DNA of 64,000 nucleotides. It comes from the human T2T-CHM13v2.0 reference genome, Homo sapiens. Position 1 is the stretch's first letter. Every line of letters starts with the position of its first letter. Under the pieces are notes generated by a model. It did not search any database and had not been told where the DNA came from. It worked only from the letters and a program-made list of their open reading frames with translations. Made by a program: the position numbers and the translations under genes. Of the stretch, positions 40,120 to 50,625 are shown in pieces. The stretch lies in assembly GCF_009914755.1 (NCBI RefSeq), contig NC_060928.1; one strand, given 5' to 3'.

Positions 40120-41363
40120 TGAAACCGCCTCTGCAAAAATTATAACAGAAAATTATGACCGTGAAAGGACAACTAACCTAACCGACTCCATCTTGCTTCT
40201 AATCTCCAAGCTGTCCTTGTTCATTCCCGGGCGTAGGCTCAACCTACTTTGGGAGGAACTTAGTTTACAGTGTGAAAGGAAAATAAATCTTGGGGCCCCA
40301 AAATCACTAAGCCAAAGCAGAAAGTCAAGCTGGGAACTGCTTAGGGCAAACCTGCCTCCCATTCTATTCCTAAAAAAGATAGCTACTACGATTAAAAAGC
40401 TACATACCTCCCTCACAAGGAAATTCCTTGTGGACAAATGACAGAACTCAAAGCCACCTCTGCTCACTGAGATAGATGCGTCTCTGCCTGCCTCCTTTGG
40501 AAAGGCCAATCAGAAACTCAAAAGAATGCAACCGTTTGCCTCTTATCTACCTATGACCCAGAAGTCCCCTCCCTGCTTCGAGTTGTCCCACCTTTCTGGA
40601 TGGAACCAATGTATACCTTACATATACTGATTGATGTCCCATGTCTCCCTAAAATGTATAAAACCAAGCTGTGCCCGACCACCTTGGGCACATGTCGTCA
40701 GGACTTCCTGAGGCTGTGTCACGGGCACACATCCTTAACTTTGGCAAAATAAACTTCCTAAATCGACTGAGACCTGTCTCAGATATTTGGGGTTCACAAT
40801 GGTTTAACTTTGAAACAAAGACAATAACAACTCTTTTCCAAAACAAAGTCCCTGCCTGCCTGAGGATCAGACTGCCTTTGTAGGACTAACAAATTTGCCA
40901 TGAGATTAGAAATTATGGTGTAGGAGTAATGCAGCTGGAGGTGGCGGGATTCTGAACCTCCTTAAATTGCTCCTGTGATAACCTAAGATGAGTGCTTAAC
41001 ATCTTTTACAGACCCTGTATTCAGTGGATCAGCTGGCACCACCCAAATAGATAAATTGGCCCATCTGGTCTTGTGGCCCCCACCCAGGAATGGACTCAGC
41101 TCAAGAGGACAGCTTCAGCTCCCTAAGATTTTATCTTGGACCCGACCAATCAGCACTCCCGACTTACTGGCCCTCTACTCACCAAGTTATCCTTAAAAAC
41201 CTCAATCCCTGAGTTTTCAGAGAGACTGATTTGAATAATAATAAAACTCCGGTCTTCCACACGGCCGACTCTGCATGAATTAAGCTCTTTATTGCAAATT
41301 TCCTGTTTTGATCCATCAGCTCGGTGTAGGCAGTGGGCAAGGAGAACCCTCTGGGCAGTTACA
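40120..41363 (+). mobile_element. LTR8/LTR8A-like solo LTR interrupted by MER4
   Basis: TGAAACCGCCTCTGCAAAAATT start, GGGCAGTTACA end, GTGC TSD on both sides. Confidence 0.82.
40271..40798 (+). mobile_element. MER4-family solo LTR
   Basis: TGTGAAAGGAAAATAAATCTTGGGG start, GGGTTCACA end. Confidence 0.82.
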
Positions 41364-41840
41364 GTGCTGAGAGGCATTCACTCCTCTGTCTGGTCTTCAG
41401 TCTATGTTGGATCCAGGCACCTCTCGACTTTCCGTTAGTCACCTTGCTCTCAGTGCAGCGGATCCTTTTGGCCTCCACTTTCCATTGGTCGCCTTGCTTT
41501 CACAGAGGCTGGCTCTTTCAGCAGCTGTCGCTTTGTCCTTGCTCATCAGGGCCACAGCTCTGGTGGAATGGGACCTGCCTGCCTGGCGAGCATAACCACC
41601 TCTGATTTTCCACCTTCATGGTCCTTAGTCACTTGTCATTTCGTTTTCAGGTCAGTCACTGGCAATAATGACTCTTACTGGTCTCTTACCAGCAACATTA
41701 GCTGTGGATCTCGTATGCTTAGGGACCATGATGAACAAACCACACGAGATTAAATCAGGCACAAGAGAAAAGTGTGCAACTGAGAGATGCAGAAAACACC
41801 AGGTGTGTGAGGCAGCTGTGGGGTGATGGGACGCACAAAG

Positions 41841-42523
41841 TGTGAAAGGAAAATCAATCTCGGGACCCCCAAATCACTCAGCCAAAGGGAAAAGTCAAGC
41901 TGGGAACTACATTAGGCTAACCTCCCATTCTATTCCTAAATAAGATGGCTGCATAGGTTTTAAAAAGCTGCATACCTCCCTCACAATTTGTTCCCTAGGA
42001 AATTCCTTGTGGGCCCCAAGATCTTCACCCTAAAACAGTTGTGTTAAATTTCACCCTCACAATGTAAATGGAGAGCTGATATTCACAGGTACAGGACAAA
42101 GGACAGAGCTCAAAGTCATCCCTCTGCTCACCTGAGACAAATGCATACCTGATGGCTTCCTGTGCCCTACGTTTGTTTTATCTTAGTAGAAATGCAGGTT
42201 CACTGAGCCAGACTAAGTTGTGTATTCAGTGAAAGACTGATCGAGGACTCAAAAGAACACAACTGTTTGTCTCTTAGCTACCTGTGACGTGGAAGCCCCT
42301 GCTTCCAGTGGTCCCACCTTTCCAGACCAAACCAGTGTTCATCTTACATATGTTGATTGATGTCTCATGTCTCCCTAAAAATGTATAAAAGCAAGCTGTG
42401 CCCGACCACCTTGAGTGCATGTCATCAGGACCTCCTGAGGCTGTGTTATGGGTGTGTCCTTAACCTGGGCAAAATAAACTTTCTAAATTGGTTGAGGCCT
42501 GTCTCAGATATTTTGGGTTCAAA
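41841..42523 (+). mobile_element. MER4-family solo LTR
   Basis: TGTGAAAGGAAAATCAATCTCGGGACCCC start; 3' half similar to 40271-40798. Confidence 0.8.
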
Positions 42524-42529
42524 TACCCA

Positions 42530-42651
42530 AGGGAGGTATGAAGCTTTTTTTTTTTCTTCCAGTCTTTGCAGCTGTCTTATATAGGGATAAAATGGGAGGC
42601 AGGTTGCCTGATGCAGTTCCCAGCTTGACTCTTCCCCGTGGCTTGGTGATT
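42530..42651 (-). mobile_element. Inverted fragment of a MER4-family LTR 5' end
   Basis: Reverse complement contains GTCAAGCTGGGAACTGC...CCTGCCTCCCATT...CATACCTCCC. Confidence 0.75.
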
Positions 42652-42949
42652 GTGTTCTGGGAGCACCGTCGTAGGTGTGTTCTGTGGTGGACTGAAACAT
42701 CGCGATGCAGTGCATGGTAAGCATTAAACACGGGTGAACGGTGTGCTTTCACCAGCTCCCAGCTGCTCTTTCCCAACACGGGCTTTCATCCAGGAAATGG
42801 CTGCCATGGCTGTTTGGAACCACCTGACTTGTCCACCATGAGAGTCCTCAGTCAGGGGAAGACAGAACATTTGGAGACCCCAGGTTAGGGTAGGGAGACT
42901 GTTCACACCTGGAACAGGAGGCAGCTGTGCCCCTGTCTGTTCCTCACAG

Positions 42950-43100
42950 TCCTGCTGCACTTGGGCAGTTTGCATCCATTGTCATAGGTAAACCCCCATG
43001 GGGTGTTAGTGACCTGATGCCATAGAGGAGAAAACTGAGGCTCAGAGAGGTTAAGTGACTTGCCCAGAATCACACAGCAACTGCCAGAGTCAGGATTTCC
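42950..43100 (-). mobile_element. MIR fragment
   Basis: GAAAACTGAGGCTCAGAGAGGTTAAGTGACTTGCCCAGAATCACACAGC core. Confidence 0.8.
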
Positions 43101-43466
43101 ACGCTGGGCTGCAGCCTCCTGGCAGGGCTCTTCCCTGTGAGGCCCTTGACCAGAGGGACACTCGGGTTTTAGTCTGGGGGGCATGCCTTTGTTTTTCACC
43201 CTCCAGTCATGGTGCATGGTGGTTTCTCATTGGTGATGAAGTGGAGCTTTCAAAATGAATCCATTTCAGTAAAAAAAGTGGGTCAACTAAATACAAAATA
43301 TTAACTAGGTGACAGTTTATTTGGTGCATGGAGAGGGACGACATCACAAAGGCAGCCCTCAAATTATGCAAGCTTGGAAATCACTGCCTCATATCTCCTT
43401 CCAGAATCAGGAGCAGGCAGCACCCGTGTCTCAGCGCACACCCTGTCCTTGTCTTGCACCTGATAG

Positions 43467-44092
43467 TGAGGCAGGAGAATCGGGTCTGGAGGCAGGGAAC
43501 CTGAGGCCGATTCCTGCTGACTGGATACCAGAGGCAACCTCTTTTCAACCCCTCCTTTTTTTGCTGGCAGTTGAAACATGAAAGTACCTCTGATTGGTTC
43601 CCTCCCACAAACAATCAGACTGGTTGTGGGCCTACTCTTCACTCTGGTCCTCTCCCACAACCAATCAGACTGGTCGTGGGCGGGGCCTATTCATTCTGAT
43701 TGTTTCCCTCCTGCAGCCAATCAGATGGGCCACAGGCCGCTACTTCATTTGCATAGAGTGAACCAATGAGAAACCTTCATTTGTATAGACTGAAGCAGTG
43801 GGAAACCTTCATTTGCATAGAGTGAACCAATGAGAAACCTTCATTTGCATAGAGTGAACCAATGGGAAGCTGTCATTTGCATAGAGTGAAGCAATGGGAA
43901 ACCTCTAGAGGGTATTTAACCCAGAAAATTCTGTGACAGATGTTCTTGAGCCACTTGCTCAACCCTGCTCCCACTGTGGAGTGTACTTTTGTTTAAAATA
44001 AATCTCTGCTTTTACTTCCTTCCTTTGTATGATGTGTCCAATTCTTTGTTCAAAACACCAAGAACCTGGACAACTACCCTCACTCAGTAACA
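43467..44092 (+). mobile_element. MER51-family ERV1 solo LTR
   Basis: TGAGGCAGGAGAATCGGGTCTGGAGGCAGGGAACCT start, CAGTAACA end, near-TSD ATAG/GTAG; AATAAA at ~43997. Confidence 0.8.
43743..43902 (+). promoter_or_regulatory. 5 x 32-bp tandem array of octamer (ATTTGCAT) + CCAAT units
   Basis: Unit CTTCATTTGCATAGAGTGAACCAATGAGAAAC at 43743, 43775, 43807, 43839, 43871; TATA-like GGTATTTAA at 43911. Confidence 0.85.
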
Positions 44093-44685
44093 GTAGCCTC
44101 TGACTTTCTTGTTCTTATCCCGGCCTGCAGCAGCACCTTGGTCACCTCATCTGTTAGACGGTGGTGGAACACCTGCTGGCCAGGCTGCAGCTGAAATGGA
44201 AGGCAGGAGTGGGTGTTTGCATCTCAAGCCCGCCCCATGCAGGAGCTCAACCATGCAGTTGGGACTGTCGGTTGCTACAGGGCACTTGACAGTAGAAAGA
44301 CCTCTGGGCAGTTAACCAGAGGCAGCTCCTCTAAATGAGATGCAGAGGTCCCCAAGAAGGAAAGTGAATTGCTCAGGGTCACAGAGCTGTGTGATTAATT
44401 AGAAACGCGTATTAATCTATCCTGCAGATGCAGGCGGTCACTGTGGCTCCCTCAGAGAGAGAGGACTGAGCCTCAGGGGCAGCCAGTAAATTTTCGCCTC
44501 TAGGGTAATTAGGAGTTCAGTGATTTTTTTTTTCTTTTTCTTTTTTTTTTAAAGCACGAAATGGGGTTAAATTTTTTAAATTAATTTTTAAAAATTGATT
44601 TTTAAAAGGAGTTTAGTGATTTTTAATGAAAAGAGCCCATAAGAGGCCTTTGTGATGGGGCCCTGGGCTTACCTCTCACTTATTC

Positions 44686-45551
<866 letters not shown>

Positions 45552-46074
45552 TTTCAGATGCCACTCAGGTGAGAGGCAGTGAGGATTTTCCCCTCAGGGT
45601 TCTGCCCTTTGCCCACCTGAGCTACCTGCACAGCATGGTGTATGGGAGCTGTGCCACTGGGGCTGGCGTGGTGGGGGCTGGGAAAATCCCAGGGGCAGGG
45701 AGCAGGAGCTGTGCCCTCTGCTGGGCTGAGAGCATGGCCTTGCTCAGCTATGCTTCTCACTGTCCCTCCCCAGCCTCTGTGGACTCCCACCCACTCCAGT
45801 GCAAATCAGGACTCAGTGGAAGACGTCAGGAGAGTGGACATGCAGGTTTTAGAGATCCTCCCTTTGTGGGTTCCCCTTCTCCGGGGTTTTCTCCTCAATT
45901 TTCAGTAGTTTGGGCAGCTGTGAACTCCATCCCCTGACTCCTCAGGGTATGAAGATGATGACATTTTGCTTGATTTGCACCCTGTGCACTGCAGGGTCTG
46001 GCAGTTTCTTCCAGAAAGCCGAGTAAATGCAGATTCTACCTCGTGCACCTCCCTTCTTGTAGGGGTGTTCTCCT

Positions 46075-46300
46075 GTATTCGTCTGTTCTCAAATCACTAT
46101 AAAGAAATACCCAAGACTGGGTAATTTACAAAGAAAAGAGGTTTAATTGGCTCACAGTTCTGCAGGCTGTCTAGGGAGCATGATGCTGGCATCTGCTCAG
46201 CTTCTGGGGAGGCCTCAGGAGACTTACAATCATGGCGGAAGGCAAAGGGAAAGCAGGCATGTCTCCATATGGCCAGTGCAGGAGGAAGAGAGAGAGGGGC
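46075..46300 (-). mobile_element. MST-type MaLR LTR fragment
   Basis: GACTGGGTAATTTACAAAGAAAAGAGGTTTAATTGGCTCACAGTTCTGCAGGCTG. Confidence 0.85.
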
Positions 46301-47391
46301 AGCGATTTTCTTTCTCAGTGTTATGGAAAGGATGATGCCTCCTGCTGTTTACTTAGATTTGATAAAATGCGGTGTCTCCCCCTGCCAGGGTGCTGAAGGA
46401 GGGTCCCATGCTGAGACAGCCACACCTACCCAATATCCACGCCTCCCCTCATTCCCAGCTGCCTGTGTTAGCTTGGGCCACAGGTCTGGCTGATGGTCTG
46501 TGAGTAGAAGCGATGCCACTGTGCCCTGTCTGGAGATGCCAGGGGCGATGTGTTCTGGGTGGGGAGTCAGCAGATACAGGGGCAGGGGGCATGGGAGTGA
46601 ACCCCACCTTTACAGTTAGAGCCACGGGGCCCTCTATATTTGTCGGGGACTGGTGGTCCCTGCGTGGTCCAGTTGCCCAGAGGAGGTACCCTTGAGCTGG
46701 AGCTTGAGAGGTAAGGGGGTCCCTCGTGGGAGGTGAGTTTGTCTTTTCCCCTCTCTGTGGTTCTGTGGCTCCAGGTGCAGCAGGGGCAGATACAGCTGCA
46801 GCAGGGGCAGCTGCAGCAGTGGCCTTCAGCCCAGGAGGAGGGGCTGGAGATTCAGTTCCCCAGGAGCTTCAGAGTGTGGCCATCAAGGAGGCCTGGGTTA
46901 GAGGTGGCCTCCTGAGATGTGGCTCTGGGTTCTAGGGTCCTGGGGCTCTGGGGTGAGCTGTGAACTCCCATCCGGCACAGGAGACTTGCCCCAACACTGT
47001 GCTGAGACACTTGCCCCATCTTCAGCCTGGGCCCCCTGCCCTGGGCCGTGTCTCTAAAGGTGACCCCAGCCCCTGAGCTGAGGTGTTGTACAAGAAAATG
47101 CAATGCTGCCAAACCGCAGCCTGCCTGGCCAAACCCTTTCCAGGAATTGTCCTCCTGCACCTGCCATACATTTCTCCATCCACGGAGCCTCAGGCCTTTG
47201 CCTTCCCTCTTCTTCAACCCTCCAATTTTGGTTTCGTCTCTATTCTCCCTTTAGAATTGAGTGTGGGGGTGGGCAGGGGTGAGGTCGTGTGTGTTGGGGC
47301 GTGTGGGGTGGGGAGGGAGGGGAGTGTCCTGAGGGTCGATTTAGTGTCATGCCTCTTTCACCACCACCACCAAAGATGAAACCAACAATAA

Positions 47392-47650
47392 ACTAAATAC
47401 CGTGTGTTCTCATCTATAAGTGGGAACTAAATAATGAGAACAGTGGGCAGAAAGAGGGGGATCACAGACATGGGGACCTACTTGAGGGAGGAGGTTGGGA
47501 GGAGGGACGGGTTCAGAAGAAAACACAAAACTGTCAGATGCTACACTGAGTACCCGGGTGATGAAACAATCTGCACCCTGAACTCCTGAGTCAGGAGTTT
47601 ACTATATAACAAACCTGCACATGTACCCTTGAACAAGAAATAAAAGCCAA
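47392..47650 (+). mobile_element. L1 3' UTR fragment
   Basis: TGTTCTCATCTATAAGTGGGAACTAAATAATGAGAAC...AACAAACCTGCACATGTACCC..AATAAAA. Confidence 0.85.
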
Positions 47651-47673
47651 AATAGAGAGAGAGCTCTCAGCCT

Positions 47674-48258
47674 ATGGGCGCAGTGGCTCATGCCTGTAAT
47701 CCCATCACTTCGGGAGGCCAAGGCAGGACGATTGCTTGAGTTCAGAAGTTCAAATCCAGCCTGGGCAACATAGCAAGACCCTGTTTCTATGAAAAAAATT
47801 AAAAATTAGCTGGGAGTGGTGGCATGTGCCTGTAGTCCTAGCTACTCTGGAGGCTGAGGCAGGGAGGACTGCTTGAGCCTAGGAGTTCCAGCCTGGGCAA
47901 TGAAGTGAGACTCTGTCTCTAAAAAAATAAAAACAGCTGGGTGCGGTGGCTCATGCCTATAATCCCTGCACTTTAGGAGGCTGAGGCGGGTGGATCACCT
48001 GAGGTCAGGAGTTCGAGACCAGCCTGGCCAATATCGTGTAACCCTATCTCTACTAAAAATGCAAAAATTAGCTGGGCTTAGTGACGTGCACCCATAATCG
48101 CAGCTACTCGGGAGGCTGAGGCATAAGAGAATCGGTTGAACCTGGGAGGCAGAGGTTGCAGTGAGCCAAGATAATGCCACTGCACTCCAGCCTGGGCAAC
48201 AGAGCGAGACTCCCTCTGGAAAAAATAAATAAATAAATAAAATAAAATAAATTAAAAG
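47674..48258 (+). mobile_element. Two tandem sense Alus (47674-47935, 47936-48258)
   Basis: Alu bodies with A-rich/(TAAA)n tails. Confidence 0.92.
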
Positions 48259-48382
48259 CCCTAGTCCCCTTAGTCTTAGCTGAGACTCAGCTCAGTGTGT
48301 CCTGGAACCTCTTCCCCACTCCAGGGGTCTGAATGAAGCCAGTCTTGCCACCTTTCACAAGTGTCTGGCGGGCACTGTTTAC

Positions 48383-48670
48383 TTTTTTTTTTTTTTTTTT
48401 GAGGCAGAGTCTCACTCTGTTGCCCAGCCTGGAGTGCAGTGGCGTTGACCTTGATTCACTACAACTTCCACCTCCTGGGTTCAAGCAATCCTTGTGCCTC
48501 AGCCTCCCGAGTAGCTGGGATTACAGGTGTGCACCAACATGCCCAGCTAAATTATTTTGTATTTTTAGTAGAGACGGAGGTTTCACCATGTTGACCAGGC
48601 TGTTCTTGAACTCCTGGCCTGAAGGGATCTGCCCTCCTTGGCCTCCCAAGGTGCTGGGAAGACAGGTGTG
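48383..48670 (-). mobile_element. Alu
   Basis: Poly-T then reverse Alu body. Confidence 0.92.
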
Positions 48671-49089
48671 TTTCCTGTGATGCTGGGACCCCCTCCCTGT
48701 GCTGTAGCACCCATAGATAGAACCACTTCCTCAGTGTGGGGGTGAGAACGCTTGGGAAGCACTGTATGAGGGAGCTCTGCCCTGGGCCAGAAACCCGGAT
48801 GCAGCCCTGCTAGGCCCCCAGCTGTGGGGCAGGTGGTCGTGCCACTGCTCAGTGGATCCAATTGAGTGCCTACTGCATGGCCGGCAATTCCATGTGCTGG
48901 GGATAGAGTGACAGCAGAGGTGATGGCTTGTGCATGTGCAGGGCGGGAGGTGGCCTGTGGTGGAGCTGGCAGGTGGCCTGAGGGGACCCCTGGTCCATCG
49001 GGGGATGTGGGGCAGGAGAGACCCCACCCCCAGTTGGCCCCTGCAGTTCGAAGTCTGAGAGATGGTATGTAGGCTGCTGCTATTAATAG

Positions 49090-49312
49090 CAGCATGAGCT
49101 CTGGGACCGGATGTCCTGGGTTCAAATTCCAGCTCTGCCTCAAAAACTTGCAACCTTGGGGAAGTCACTCAACTTCCTGTGCCTCAGTTTCCTCCTGGGA
49201 AAAACGGGGATGAGGATAATCTTGGCAGAGGATTGTTGAGAAGGTTGAGTACATTTGGAGCCTAACAGCTTTAGCGGGCGCTTGGCCACTGTGAGAACTC
49301 AGTGAGGGTTAG
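49090..49312 (+). mobile_element. MIR
   Basis: CCTGGGTTCAAATTCCAGCTCTGCC...AAGTCACTCAACTTCCTGTGCCTCAGTTTCCTC. Confidence 0.85.
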
Positions 49313-50094
49313 CGATTTCACACAAGGGCCTTCTCACCAGGCTCCGGCAGACGGGACGTTCCTTTGCTATTTGAGATGTTTTTGGACTCTTCCTCTCCCT
49401 CTTTGCCCCTTTCCCTTTTCCTTTCCCCTTCTTCCCTTCTTTCTTCTTATGGGGAGCTAGCTGGGAGGTGCTCAGTTGGGGCCCTCAGTGACTGGAGTCT
49501 CAAGGGCTCTGCTGCCATCGGCTGTGAGCTCAGCAGCCCCTGTCCTTTCTGGGCCCCAGCCTCTCCATCCAAAAACCAGAAGGCTGCCTGGAAGGTTCCA
49601 GAAGTTGCTCTTGGTCCTGACCCCTGCCCACATCTCTCTGTTGAGAAGACTGGTGCCACTCTGGGGACAGCTGGCTTCCCGCCTCTTCCCGGGTCCCTGG
49701 GGAAGTAACTCCTCTCCCAGGAGGAGACAGACAACTGGTCCTCTGAGCAGCAGCTGAATTTTACAGAAGGGCTATTGATTGTTTTGTTCAAAGAGGGAGA
49801 ATAAATTTGGTTCTGTGAGTCATAACGTGACATTCTCCAAAATGGTTCTGACCCATAAAACGGGGGCTCCTGTTGATATCAGCCCTGAAGGTTAATGGGT
49901 GTGTTTTCAGAATACTCTGCCAGGAATGACTCCAGAAACTGCCCTGAGTGCATCCATGGGAATGGTCCTCGGGACAGGCAGCCGCCATGAAATAGACACC
50001 CTGCCCTGCCTTCTTCCTGTTGGTGTTTGTTGACCACATCTGCAATCCTCTGATGAAGCAGGGGGTCAGGTGGAGGGAGAGGAAGCTTCTGAAT

Positions 50095-50625
50095 ATTTCT
50101 AATCTTCAGCTGCTTAAAAAACTACAACGAACTTAGTGGTTTCAAGGACACATATTTAGCTCATGGTGCAGTGGGTCTGAAGTGTGAGTGCAGCTTAGCA
50201 AGGTTCCCTGCTCACGGTCACATCAGGCTGCAATCACGGTACCAGCCAGGGCGGTGGTCTCAGCCGAGGCTCAGCTGGGGCAGGCTCTGCATCCACACTC
50301 ACCAGGATGTTGGCAGTATTCGATTCCTTGCTGGCTGTTGGCCAGAGACTTGTTGTGCCTCAGTTTCCTCTTTGGCAAAGTGGGGTTGATTTTTCCTGGC
50401 CACAGGGCCCTCTCCCAGGGCCAGCTCACACACAGCAGCACAACCAGTTATGATCTTATGCAAGGCTGTCAAGGAAGCAGTGCCATTGCCTTGGTGGATG
50501 CTATTGGTGAGACGCAGGTCCCAGGTCCCAGCTCCCAGATCCCGCTTACACTCAGGGGAGATTAATCAAAGGTGTCAGTGCCAGGAGGTGGGGAACATGG
50601 GCCACTACAGGGTCTGCCCACCACT
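50095..50625 (-). mobile_element. MLT1-type MaLR LTR (old)
   Basis: AACTTAGTGG..., AGGCTGCAATC, TGTTGGCAGTATTCGATTCCTTGCTGGCTGT, GGGTCTGCCCACCA motifs. Confidence 0.6.

Larger units (their letters stand above)
45555..47660 (+). other. Block resembling the human rDNA intergenic spacer (dispersed IGS-like copy)
   Basis: GAGGGTCGATTTAGTGTCATGCCTCTTTCACCACCACCACC..AAGATGA and the following L1-derived tract match my recollection of the rDNA repeat spacer; not verified by alignment. Confidence 0.55.

Noticed and set aside
43743-43902. 32-bp repeats as a CRISPR-like array
   Set aside because: Units are head-to-tail with no unique spacers, lie inside an LTR in eukaryotic DNA, and no cas genes are present
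46775-46952. Exon-like segment (pyrimidine tract + CAG, Ala/Gly-rich frame, GTGAGC donor)
   Set aside because: No partner exons or recognisable protein; the frame is explained by a short TGCAGCAGGGGCAG repeat within the suspected IGS-like block
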